64,000 nt of DNA from the NCBI RefSeq assembly GCF_018977255.1, contig NW_024704742.1:137022001-137086000 (forward strand), in the 5' to 3' direction. Under the pieces are notes generated by a model. That model was given only the letters and a program-made list of their open reading frames with translations. It was not told the DNA's origin and did not search any database. Below are positions 13,371 through 25,535 of this stretch, piece after piece (the stretch's first letter is position 1; each line of letters opens with the position of its first letter). The DNA is from Callorhinchus milii (Eukaryota). A program made the translations under genes and the position numbers.

Positions 13371-15564
13371 TTGGCTTGCAGGCTTAAAAGTAGCTGAGTG
13401 GGAGGATTTCCCTCCCCCGGTGACTGGACTGCCCATCCAAGTCCTGCTGATGACCCAGATAGCTGTAATCAGCATTCATCATCTGAATACTGCAGATCTG
13501 CCAGGCTCAGGAACCGGACTACTGAGACCGCCACTCAATTCCAACATTCCGTTGCCAAAACAAGTCACCTTTGTAGCCAGTTCGGCTCTAAGGAGCCCCT
13601 GTTTTCTTTAATTCCATTGTACCCTACCTTGGTATTATTCTAGTAGTCTTAATGGGGGGAGAGAAGGAATCTGATATTTTTTTTATATTTGTTTTATATT
13701 TACACTTTATGAAAACCAGACAGCTGTAGATTGTTTCTTGTATCATATCTTTATAGGGTGGGAAACAAGACCTGGTTGGCTCTATGAAGTTGTAACTAGA
13801 AAAAAGGCTTTTATGCACTTGAAGTTACCTAAAGTTCTGTTTCTAAATGAATGACTGAATCAAATTTAATAAGATGGATATTGAGGCGTAACTCATTACA
13901 TTCATGATTGGTCACAATCCTTGGGGGATAATTGTAACCTATTTATTGATATCTAGTCACACCACGGACCAAAATTTCTCCATGCTGTGTAAGGCAGCTA
14001 TGCAGAATGTTCTTAAAGTACTGTTTTGGTTTAAGAACTGATGCAGACAATCACTTTGTTCTAGCTAAAAATCCTAGTTGAAATGTGTTCATTAGAAAGC
14101 TGTCTATGAGGCTAATTTTCTCCATCTTCCCACCATAGAATGGACTTTACATTATTTGCTACAGTTGATGTTACTCTTTGCACTCCAAGAACTATATAGC
14201 AGACCAGTCGTGCCTTAATTCAAATGAAGCGAGTGTGCATTCTATTGTTGTGATGAAGAAAGGCTGATTCCATCTCTATCCAGGAACAGGCCATTCCCTG
14301 CTCAGGACACATTGAATATTTGGTGGGGGGGTGGTGTTACACACAGGTGGTGAAGATCAACACATGAATTTCTTCACATGAATCTCCAGTGCCTGATAAG
14401 AATGAGCTTTCTTGACTGTAAGGTGGGGGACAGGGGAGTATTTTACATGAAATACAAAGTGACCAAAAAGTCTTGTTTTTCAGCAACCCTATTATCTAAA
14501 AAAATCATAATTTCTTTAAGAATTATTATACATTGTGATGGTATCCTGACTTTTGGTCACCCTGTATATTCCAATTTGCTAAACTTATGTGACCACGGAT
14601 GGCACACCTAAGTAGAAAAATATTTATTGAATGATTGTATATATGGGTATTCCAAACCTTAGAACCGTAATTGTGAACAGCACTGTTTTATCAATGGTGC
14701 GTTGGATCATGCAATTTTTCTTACATTTTAATTTTGCAATACACTTAAATGCTGGCTAGATGGACTAATGGAGGGGTTGGGGGGGATAGGGGGTTGGGGG
14801 GCGGAATAGGAAGAAGATCAGATCAGTCGAGCAGAAATTCAGGTTAAGTATAATTAGAATGCCAGTACTAGCATTTACTGACATTTTTCAATTTTTTTTA
14901 AATTATTCCGTTTCGGGCCTGGTCTGTCTAGCTTTGAATTCAGGATACCTGGAGTCTGGTAAGATAGGGATTTACTGTAATAATAATTCTTGCATCTGAT
15001 ATAATGCCTTGTCATGTCGTTGAGACGGCTCAAAGCGCTTTACAAAATATACTATAGTGAATTCACTACAGATTTTGTGGTTAAAAATTAAATATTTACT
15101 GTTCTTGATTTTGTGATTCACAAAAGTATACCAGAGGAAGCTGCTTGTGCACTTACTGGTTGCATTCATTATGCATATGGTGCATAGATTATTGATTAAA
15201 TCAGATTTTATACAATTTATAGTTTGCCTACAACTTGGACTTTGCGTAAGTCGTATTAAATGCTGTGACTGATGCAACTTATGTAAGTTTTAAGGTATAA
15301 CTGAGCATCCTGTGCCTTCTCACGCTTGTTTATTGCTGCCTCATATTGTTTTGAGACAGTGAGCGATAAGTCAGTTAACATACCTAGACATCTTTCAGCC
15401 TCCCCCCTTGGCCATTTCAATCCCATTCATGGAGTACATGTGTTTGCTCTTCTTGAAACCTATATGACAAGATTCTATTGCACAATGATTTGTTGTGCAA
15501 TAGAACAAATACTGAGTAAAACTCCGTACCCACAGCTCACCAATTCTGCCCAAGCTCACTGACT

Positions 15565-16570
15565 TCCTACCTCCTAATGGATCAACTTCAAGATCCTCAC
15601 ACTTGTGTTCAAATCCCTTCACTCCCTGGCATCTCCCTACCTCTCCGACATCCTCAGTCCCCAATCCACCACCTGGCGCCTCTGCTCGACTGGCACTGGC
15701 CTCCTGCGTATCCCTCACACATAACATAACATAACATGTAGGAGCAGGAGTAGGCCATTCGGCCCTTCGAGCCTGCCCCGCCATTCCATCATGGCTGATC
15801 TTCTAATCTAACTCCAGCTAATAACCTGACCCTGCCTTATCCCCATATCCCTTAATCCCTTTTGCAATAAAAAGTCTATCTATCTCAGTCTTGAATATGT
15901 CCAAGCACTGAGCGTCAACAGCCCTTTGGGGTAGTGAGTTCCATACAATCACCACCCTTTGAGTGAAGAGGTTCTTCCTCAATCAGTGCGAAAGGGTTGG
16001 CTTCTGATTTTGAGGTTGTGAGCCCTGGTTTTAGTTTCTCCAACCAGGGGAAACAATCTCCCACTACCTACTCTATCATGCCCTTTGATGATCTTATAGG
16101 TCTCTATAAGATCCCCTCTAATCCTTCTATATTCTGGAGAATATAGGCCCAAATTGGTCAGCCTATCCTCGTAACTCAACCTCTTCATCCCTGGTACTAA
16201 CCTAGTAAATCTACGCTGCACCCCCTCCAAGGCAAGTACATCCTTCCTTAAATGAGGAGACCGAAACTGCACACAGTATTCCAGGGCCCTATACAGTTGC
16301 AGCAAGACTTCCCTACTCTTATACTCTAATCCTTTCACTCTACCATCCGAGGCCGCGCTTTCAGCCACTATGCCCCAAAACTCTGGAACACTCTCCCTCA
16401 ACCCCCCCACCTTGCTTCCTCGCTCCCTTTTTTCGAGCCCCTCCTGAAAACTTTCCTCTTCGACCGTGTTTATGGCCAAACCACCCCCCCCTCCCCCCAC
16501 CACCACCGCGGCTTGGAGTCAGCATTGCTAGGTGCGTTGTGGAGGGTGCTATATAAGTGCAAGTTGTTGT
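15565..16570 (+). mobile_element. L2 LINE 3' fragment split by the CR1 insertion
   Basis: Left piece encodes an NFKILTLVFKSLHSLA..YLSD-like peptide; right piece gctttcagccactatgccccaaaactctggaac ends gtgctatataagtgcaagttgttgt. Confidence 0.75.
15718..16335 (-). mobile_element. CR1 LINE 3' fragment (about 620 bp) with ORF2 C-terminus
   Basis: ORF 15979..16506: LEYCVQF.SPHLRKDVLALEGVQRRFTRLVPGMKRLSYEDRL..LGLYS...RIRGDLIETYKIIKG; (CATAA)n tail at 15718-15737. Confidence 0.93.
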
Positions 16571-19500
16571 AAGGAATTACACTTGGTTTAACATTTGAAT
16601 TTTTGGAAGCTCATAACCTTCTCATCATAAGTTTATCATCCCTGAACTTAATTTCTACTTGTGGTAAGAAACCTTGCAGGATTGGCCAAGGGCGGTATTA
16701 TGCAGTGTCCTCAATGTGGTTATCTGAAATATAATTATTAAAGACAAAGTTTGGCTAGCTAGTTAATTACTCACCAATTTAAATGAGTTGGAATCAAGGG
16801 AGTATTTTTTGGCAGAGTACTGGAATATCTGATGTGTTTTTGGAGTTGTTCTGATTTGACTGACTAATGCAAACTTAGAATGACTTGGTGCTTAGCCATT
16901 GGAGCATGTGTGTCAGTTTTGAACATGTCGTGGTAATGATTCATATGAGCCTGATATTTGTGATTGTCTCTGTCAGGTCAAGTGAAGTTGTTTATCGCGC
17001 AGACAGGATGTTGAGTCACAGGATTTACCTCTTGGTAGAACAACATTTGCATTTTGGAAGACCTTCTCATCATAATTTTATCAATTTTATTAACTTTTGT
17101 TAAGAATTGTGTTTTTTTTCAAAGGTTCTTATTCTTTTTAATCAGGCGTTTGATACTCGATGGCTTGCACAATAATCTGGCACATCACAAGTTGTCCTCT
17201 ATAACCCTTCCACCATGCTAAAGGCAAATGTCCATCAAATAGTTGAGCATCGTATGGGGAGCTTGAGACAACAGTTGCTGGGAAGGAATTATTAAGAGGC
17301 TGAGGTTGGTGATTCTATTCAGGATGATGCCCTTTTTTGTTGCTGGAAGACAGGTGGGCAGGATTTAAAGTGGATAGATGTTCTGGAATGTTGCTTCATT
17401 TTGATTTGGAGTTCAGGAAGAGAGCATAGTAACTCTTTCTGATGGGACAAACTGAGTCGCTGATAAGATAAATATACTTGAAATGTTGAAAGAGTGGACT
17501 GCAGTGAACATTGACCTTTTTTTCTTTTTGGGTTTTCATGTTTTATAAATAGCTGACTGAAGCCACAATCATCCTTTTTATGAAAAAAAGATTTAAAATC
17601 TAAATCCATGACTGTTTGTGGGACCCTGTTGTGTGCAATTGGCTGCTGCGTTTCACCCACAAAATATACAGTCAATTCACTTTGCAGTATATTCTGTGAA
17701 GGTGTACTTGATAAGGTGCTAAATCTGATTATTATTATGTGCACAGAAAGCTAGCCAATTTCCTATGCTTAAAAATGGCTGACTCCTCAGGAATCGGCAT
17801 TATTATTATAATAATGATAATAATTATTATAGCACTGCGTTCCTGCTTATCTGACAATTTGAGCTAACTGGAGATTTGAAGCGAGTCCGCTAGCTTACTT
17901 CTGAGTTTTAGATGTTTTGCTAAACGGAAGTCTTGATTCCCCAACTACATTACCTGAGAACCCTCGTTATAGCCAAGTGCTTTATAGTAGGGTCTACTGT
18001 ATTCCACTAATTTGACCTACAACAGATGTTTCAAGACCGTCCTCTTCAAGCGTGCCTTTGGCTATCCTCCACCCTCCCTGATCCCAAACCCTCTCTCTGC
18101 TCGGGTCCAAATCCTTGGCTGTCCAGAACTTGATAGGTGCTTTACAATATAATATTGTATTGTAATGGGTTATTGTGCAAAATACAAATTGGTTGCAGCG
18201 CTAACCAAAACTCTCTTCCATCAGAAGTTATATTGTCGCTAAAATTTTAAAGAACCATCTAAACATGATTTACACTACCTGTCTTTATACTGTAGCAGTG
18301 TGAATGTATGTCCTTACGAAACCCTATCTTCCAGATGGTCTTGGCAGCAGATTGCAGTGCAGTTACTTTTCAATCATGGATCTCAACCCCACTTGGTGCC
18401 CCCAAAACTACCGTATAAATCAGGCATAAATGTGGTAATTGTCAATCAATGTGTTATTTGGGGGGCTTACCTCCGTTCCTGTAAACGTTCTGTAGGAGTA
18501 ATAGCTGTTTGTGCAGATCATTTTGGATAAGCTCCTTTTGTATAGAGTAATCATTTGTGCAGATCTTTGTGTGTTCTCAGCTGGAGCTGATTAAAGAACT
18601 GGAATGTTGCCATCTGTTTTTGCTTTAATCTGGCAATTTTCTCACTGAACCAGCTGTTTGAATGAGGAGCAACAGTTGTATTTTGCAAGATGCATATATC
18701 TATGCAGACTGGGGATTGTGCTTTAGGTGTAACTATAGAAATAAGCTAAGTAAACTATTTAGTTCCCTGATCCTTTGATATTTATTCAAAAGATCAGGAC
18801 GTAATTGGGAATGTTCTTTAGATGCCGATCGCTAAATTTGATCAATGTCTGTACGAATCATTTAAATGACTTAAATTAGCATTTACATGGTATATGTTTC
18901 AGTGATTCCAATTCAGTTTAATTGGAATAGAANTTTTTTTTGTCTCTGCTTGATATCTTATTTAAAGAGATTGTAAGCTGTGATTCCAAGGCTCCAAATG
19001 TTTGGATCAAAAATGTCACAACTTTTCTTTCAAAAGGTCCAGGAATAATATTGAATAGGTAGTGTACTTAATTTCAAGACCCAAGTTCATTTATAGCGAA
19101 TGATTCTTGTCCTATCAAAGATTTGCCATGAGCTGTTTGGACGGGTTTTAAATCATAACTAGAGAGTGCAGAAGCTGTCCAAACTCTAACCTGGGGTTTG
19201 CTGGAATGCAAAGTGGAACCATTAATGTACTTGTAAGTCTTTTGATTCTCAGTAGATGTTGGGTCATTTAGTGCCCTGATCTTTTTTCATTCGCAAAGTA
19301 AACTCCCTTAACTCAGGGGCAACTTCATACAAGCCTTCTCTGCTGGACATAATAACCCAATTTAATCTTTATTGAACATTCAACTCTATAATTAGTGGTC
19401 TTGAGACCACAACACAAAATTGAACTAATTGGCTGTTTCAGAATGGGAGATAGGGCTGCCCTATTTGAGGTTGTGGTAGAGCAATGGTAACTGTATTCTG

Positions 19501-20142
19501 GAGCTGGCTGTCCTGCCCTAAACCTGTAGCAGCCTACTTCATCTGACTGTAGCTCTGCCCTCTGCTCTTCTAATTCTGGTCTCTTCATAACAAAGAAGAG
19601 ACATCACTCCTTGTCTCCCACAATCTGTGGCTAAATCTTGAGCCAAATGTCTTTGATTTCCAAACATAACATTCGTTTACCTTGCTTAACTTCCTACCTC
19701 TTTTAAAATCTTCTTTCCAAATAATTACTGTGCAACATCTTTAAATTCACTCGAATCAGTGTTCCCTTTCATTTTTCTAATGTGTTTAGTTCCGTCAGTT
19801 GACTAACAATCGGGTACCTATTTACTGTAGGTAAATAGATGTTTATAGACTGAGGAAATTTACCTAAAGTTTCGCCCTGCCTGGAAAAATTCATAGATTG
19901 TTGGCCACTTGCATGGCGCTCGTCATTTTGCACTCAAGTAAGTCCTAATTTTTGGAATAAGCTATTTTTTATAAATAGTTCTAGAAGCGACAACAAATTA
20001 CATTTGCATAACGCCTTTCATGTCAGGAGGATGTGTGAAAGACAGTAGAGGGTCAAACTGGATGCCGAGGTTTGGTATTAGCTCGGTGAGGTCTTCAGTG
20101 TGATGCTGTCAACACCCAAGGTATGGAGGCGCTGACAACAAG

Positions 20143-20830
20143 AACAACACAATTTCATTTATAGAGCGCCTTTCACGTCGGGAGGACGTCCCAAGGCGCT
20201 GTACAGTTGGGTCAGGACCTGAGCAAGGGGGAAATGGTCAGGGTGAGGGGGGGAAGGGAGGGAGCGAGGAGGGGGTTGAGAGTCGAGAGGGGAGCTGAAG
20301 GCACGGTCAAAGAGAAAGGTCTTGAGACCGGCCTTGAAGGAGGAAAGGGAGGAGGCGGCGAAGGCACTGGGGATAGAGTTCCAGAGCCTCGGGGCTGAGA
20401 GGCTGAAGGCCACCGATGGTAGGGCGGTTGGGGCGGGGGATGTGGAGCAGACCGGAGCCAGAGGAACGGAGGGTACGGGCAGGTAAGTAGGGGGATAGTA
20501 GGTCGGAGAGGTGGGGAGGGAGCAAGGCCGTGAATGGCCTTGTAGGTGAGGATGAGGATCTTGAATTCGATCCTCTGGGGGATGGGGAACCAGTGGAGGC
20601 GAGCGAGGGTGGGAGTGATGTGGTTGCGAAGCCTGGTGCGGGACAGTACACGAGCTGCAGAGTTCTGAATGACCTGCAGCTTGTGGAGGGAGAAGCCAAG
20701 CAGGAGGGCCTCAGTCTTGTTGACGTTCAACTGGAGAAAATCAGCTTTCATCCAGGACTTGATGTCCGACAGGCAGTCTGAGAGGACAACAGTGGTCCTG
20801 GTTCAAGGATGGAGGAGAGGGAGAGATGGG
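20143..20830 (-). mobile_element. L2 LINE 3' fragment (ORF2 C-terminus and tail)
   Basis: ORF 20212..20751: FLQLNVNKTEALL...LQVIQNSAARVL...HITPTLARLHWFPIPQRIEFKILILTYKAIHGLAP; (TTG)n tail. Confidence 0.92.
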
Positions 20831-20924
20831 TGTCATAATCTTTTGGATTCTTCCCTTGTCAATCCCAGTACACACCATGTTTCATGAGAATACAATTCAA
20901 CTTTGTAACATGTAACTTCTTGCA

Positions 20925-20971
20925 CAATTAAAGGTCATTAACCTCAAAAGGAGTTTAATGACCTTTAATTG
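20925..20971. promoter_or_regulatory. Perfect 17-bp inverted repeat with two AAAGGTCA sites
   Basis: CAATTAAAGGTCATTAA-cctcaaaaggagt-TTAATGACCTTTAATTG. The palindrome is certain; a regulatory role is inferred. Confidence 0.5.
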
Positions 20972-23900
20972 ACTTACCTGTTCTGGCAAAATAGATTCAT
21001 CTCAACATTATATGAATAATTAAAAGGTCATATTTAATTTCAATGTAAATTTAGCCTTCATTCAATCAATGCTGACAGGAAACAAAAGAGTAGTACCAGG
21101 CGGAAAACAGCCTTGTTGCTTTTTTAAAAATGTAACCCGTTACTCTGATAGCTTTATCCACAAGAGAGCACTTAGTTTTTTTGAATTTTATATAATTTTC
21201 ATGAAGTAAAAACAAAGCTATGCTCCTGAGATATTGACTGTACTAGATATCTGCAAATAACCCAAACCTCTGGGTCGTAAAAGTCACCCCAAATGTACTT
21301 GCTGTGTGCTCAGTTTGTGGGTATGCACAAGGAAAACTGTTAAGCTGTTTGAGGTACAGGGCAGTGCGTAAGAAGCTGCGTTGCAATCCAGAAGTGTTCT
21401 GTTTTTGTACCACAAAACTATATAATTTTTTTTATGTTTAATGATAGTTCATTGTCCTCAATTTGGAAATCCAGCTAATACCAACTTTTACTTTTTTAAA
21501 AAAAAATCAAGCCAGCATGACGGAATTTGAAATTGAAAATTCAAGTTTGAGTTTAGTTTAGACTGAGAAGAGACAAAATGTAACTGGTGAAAAGATTTGA
21601 CAGCTGGACAATTGTTAATTATGGAGGTTCACAAACTGTTTTAAAAGCTTGATTTATGTCTTGTTTTCTTTTTACTAGAGTTGACTTCAGTGCTCTTGGG
21701 CTGGGGAGACAAAAATTGTCTAGTTTACTGTTCGCTGTACAGCGACTAATGGGGCATTCACCTTTTGTATGGCTTTATAGCAACTCTTGCATGACAACTA
21801 CTTTTAACTCATATTGACTTATTTCTTATTTTACTTCTATGCTTCCATTTTTCCTTTTCTTCCCTCTCCACAAATACCTAACTGTGAATGCAGATTGCTT
21901 ATGTAACAGATCAGTGAAAGACTGTTTATGAATGCAAACTATTGATTTAATGATGCAGAACAAACTAATATATTTTCCAATATATTTAAATAAATACTAA
22001 TCCTAGATAATTTCTGTCAAGTTTTGGTGGAAAGTAGCTTAAACTAATTCTGTTCTGTATAGTTGTGTGGTGCATCGAATCTCACTAACAAAATGGTAGG
22101 TGGTCTGAAAAATCAGTTATTCCAAATGGGAAGTCTTACATAACCAATATACTTGAGTAGTGAATAAACTGCTTCAAGATGAGAAAAAGAGAAGCTCCTA
22201 TAGTCAGCCAATTAGTCAGAAGTTAATGGCTTTGCTATCTGATCTCTGTAAATGGAATTTTTCGGCACTGGAAAAAGATGTAAATGCCAATACCAGTATT
22301 GTAATTCCTCTCCCTCCCCGTTCGTCTGTCCAGCCAGGGGTTTTGCATATCGGTCACCTCTACTGTTTACAGGATTCAGATTCCAGATTTTATCCTAATA
22401 TCTGGAATTCTTTTGTCATATGGGTGACTGATGAGTCAAAACCATTCCATATAGAGCTACTGCCACATTTGTCAAATATATAGAAAATTCAGTTTGTCTG
22501 GTATGGAGTGCAATCTCCCTGGAGTGATGCACCTTGCTTGCCTGATTTTGGGGAGGAACGGGTTGGCAAGAGCATTAGGGGTTTATCCACTACTTTGTAT
22601 GAGTCACCTCTGTATTTCCAAATACAGCCAAGAGGAAAATGTCTTTGCAGATTGTTACTGTCTTGTATTGTGATACAAGTGATCTAAAGCCAGTTTACAT
22701 GTTTACTGCCCCAAATGCAAGGTTCTCTCTGGTTTGCCAAAGTTAACGTTTAACTACTTTGGTTTTTGGTAGGCTAGTTTCGAAAATACAGAATATAGAT
22801 TTGATGAACATACCTTTAAAATCTTAAAACAGTAGAAAAGCAAAATGAGAATGGCGTGTTTCTGAGCTATAACAGTCTGACCTCATCAAAATATATTTTT
22901 TATTCTGTCTTGGGATGTGGTTGATGCTGGCATTTTTCTCATCTCAAGCTACCATGAAAGTGGGGTTTCTCTTAATAATGATGGGCCTGATTGGTAATAT
23001 GTAATTCTATACAACTGTTGCTTCAAATCATTTATTCGAAAAAAGGAGCAAAGTACATCAATGAAATTAAATGAAATTTAATTTTAGTATAAATACCAGG
23101 ACATGCTATTTTACTCAAGTGATAGAGATTTGCAAGACTTGTACCAAAACAACCGAATAGAAGCAAAAATATTCCGTTAAAAGCTAGTTAGGTATTGAGT
23201 CGAGAGAGTGCTTTGGATGAGACGTTAAACTGAGTCTTAATTGCCTGTTCTGGCAAATGTTAAAGATCCCATGGCACTAGTTGAAAAGAAAAGGGAGTTT
23301 CTCCTAATTGGTCATTGTCTTCTTTTACTTCATGTCTGTTTATGGGACATTGCTGTGAGCAAATTGCCTAAAAGTGCATACACGTTACACTAAATCTTGT
23401 GAAGTACTTTGACATTTTTGATGCAGTAAGGTGCAAGGATTATTATTTGCTTGCTTGTAACATTAAATACTGAAATTACGATTGCTTCACATGATTCTCC
23501 ATGGTTGAGACATTTAACAATTTGTACAATGTTTTTTGTAGCTATCCCTTTCCTTAATATTACCAGCTGGATCATAGGCATAAAATATTTTTTTATGCTG
23601 CATTTCTTGGTGTGTTTTTCAAATTTATATCGTAAGAAAAGGTTAATGAAATGTAATCAAATTGAGGCTTTTTACATGACATCACAAAATGACTGAGTTC
23701 ATAAACTTTATTTGACCATTGAGATTAGCTGAGATTAGTTTTTAACTCTATCCACAGCATCTGCCATCTCACAATGTACCCACTGAAGTTGATTTGAACT
23801 GTTTTGGATTTCCTGGTACATTAGTATCAATCTTACATTGAGACTTTTTTAAAAAAAGCCCAGAAATTTTAATTTGACTCGGAAACTATTCAGTTTCTAT

Positions 23901-25194
23901 TTTGTGGTTGGTACTTTGAAATTGCTCTGCTGTAAATGAGATAGGATTTAGCGACACCAGAAGTGACACCAGAACCAGCTTACAAGTATCCTGCAATTTT
24001 AGAGAGAAATAAACAAGTGAACTTATTGTCAGTGGGTGGATCTTATAATGGTATATAAAACAGAGAACATTATTGTGAAGGCCAAATGTGTCTGCATGGT
24101 TTAATTTGTATGGTTCTTGCTTCTTGAATTAGGGTATGGAAACCCCATGTTTGGACTTTGAGCTCATCGTCGAATCTAACTGACTTCAGTAGTGCTGAAA
24201 GAGCGCTGCATATGTGCCGTCCTTAATGTGAGATGATAAATCGATGCCCTATCTGCCTGTTCAGGCAGAGTTTATATCTTACCTTTATATAGCATTCTTC
24301 ATACAAGAATATCTCATAGCTTCTGAATACCTGGGTTAGTTGCTGAGCAATAGAGAGTGAAAGGAGAGGTGAACATAGATGTGGTTGAAAGGTTTTAAGA
24401 TGGGGTTTGAAGGTGGAATTGCTAACCAGCAGTTATCCAGAAAAAATGGTTACCTCTTGGGTCTTGCTGTGTGCAAATTAATTGCTGCGGTGCCTTACAG
24501 TCACAGGACATTTTATAGTATACACAAGTGCTCTGAGACATTTTGATGTGCCTTGGTGCTGTATCAAATACAAGGATAATTATTATCAAATGTTATTGTT
24601 CCTTGTCAGCTGCTAATTCTAATTAATAGCTGGAAGGGTGGACTCTAGAAACAACTTGAGGTCAACAAGAGTTGGAATGTTGGGTAAATTTGTCTTGTGA
24701 TCTCAAAACTATGAAGCACAATATGTTTTAATTGTCCACTATCATTAGTTTTCTTACTTTTTATGTGTTTGTTAAGACATAACGATTTTGTTCTGTAGTT
24801 GCCTTGGATTTTCTAATGTGCTTAAATTTCCAAATGATTGGGTCATTTCAAATTTGATTGTATTATGAGACTGGGGGACAGATGCCTGATTCAATATTAA
24901 TGAATGATTAATGAGAAATTGGAAGCTTTTCAGAAAGGTTGAACAACATCCTAGGTTTTGCTGTTTAAATTTACGCTGTACCAGGGTTAATTTTTTGATT
25001 TTACCCTTTTGACTGTTAAACTACTGTCATGTCTCAAATTTTGCATCTGGGATCTGATTTTACAATTGGTTATAATGGTTGATTCAATTCGTAGGTAGAA
25101 ATGCTGACAAAAATCCACTATTGAAGTAGTCAAGGTCAATATTTATGCATTGAACCTGAACTAATTATTTAATGTGTGAAATGCCTACCAACCT

Positions 25195-25535
25195 GCCTGC
25201 TGCCCCCATTCAGTGGGCTCCGGTCTGCTCCATGTTTCCCGCCCGACCTGCTTTACCATCGGTGGCCGGACTTTCAGCCTCTCAGCCCCCACACTCTGGA
25301 ACGTCATCCCACAGTCCCTTCGCCTCGCTTCCTCCCTTGCCTCCTTCAAGGCAGGTCTCAAGACCCTTCTCTTTGATCGTGCCTTTGGTCAGCCTCCCAC
25401 CTCTCTGCCTTCCCTCACCCCTCCCTACCCTACTCCTCCCCCTTGCTCGGGCCCTGACACCTGACTGTTCAGCGCTTTTGGACGTCCTCCCGATGTAAAA
25501 GGCGCTCTACAAATGTAATTTTGTTGTTGTTGTTG
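25195..25535 (+). mobile_element. L2 LINE 3' end
   Basis: GSGLLHV.RP...TIGGRTFSLSAPTLWN.IP.SLR.ASSLASFKAGLKT.LF; tail aaggcgctctacaaatgtaatt(ttg)n. Confidence 0.9.

Noticed and set aside
8127..18933. Single N bases at 8127 and 18933
   Set aside because: Both lie next to homopolymer runs; assembly ambiguity, not biology.
15979..20751. Longest ORFs (175 aa and 179 aa) as host genes
   Set aside because: They are CR1 and L2 ORF2 C-terminal fragments, truncated, chimeric or frameshifted.
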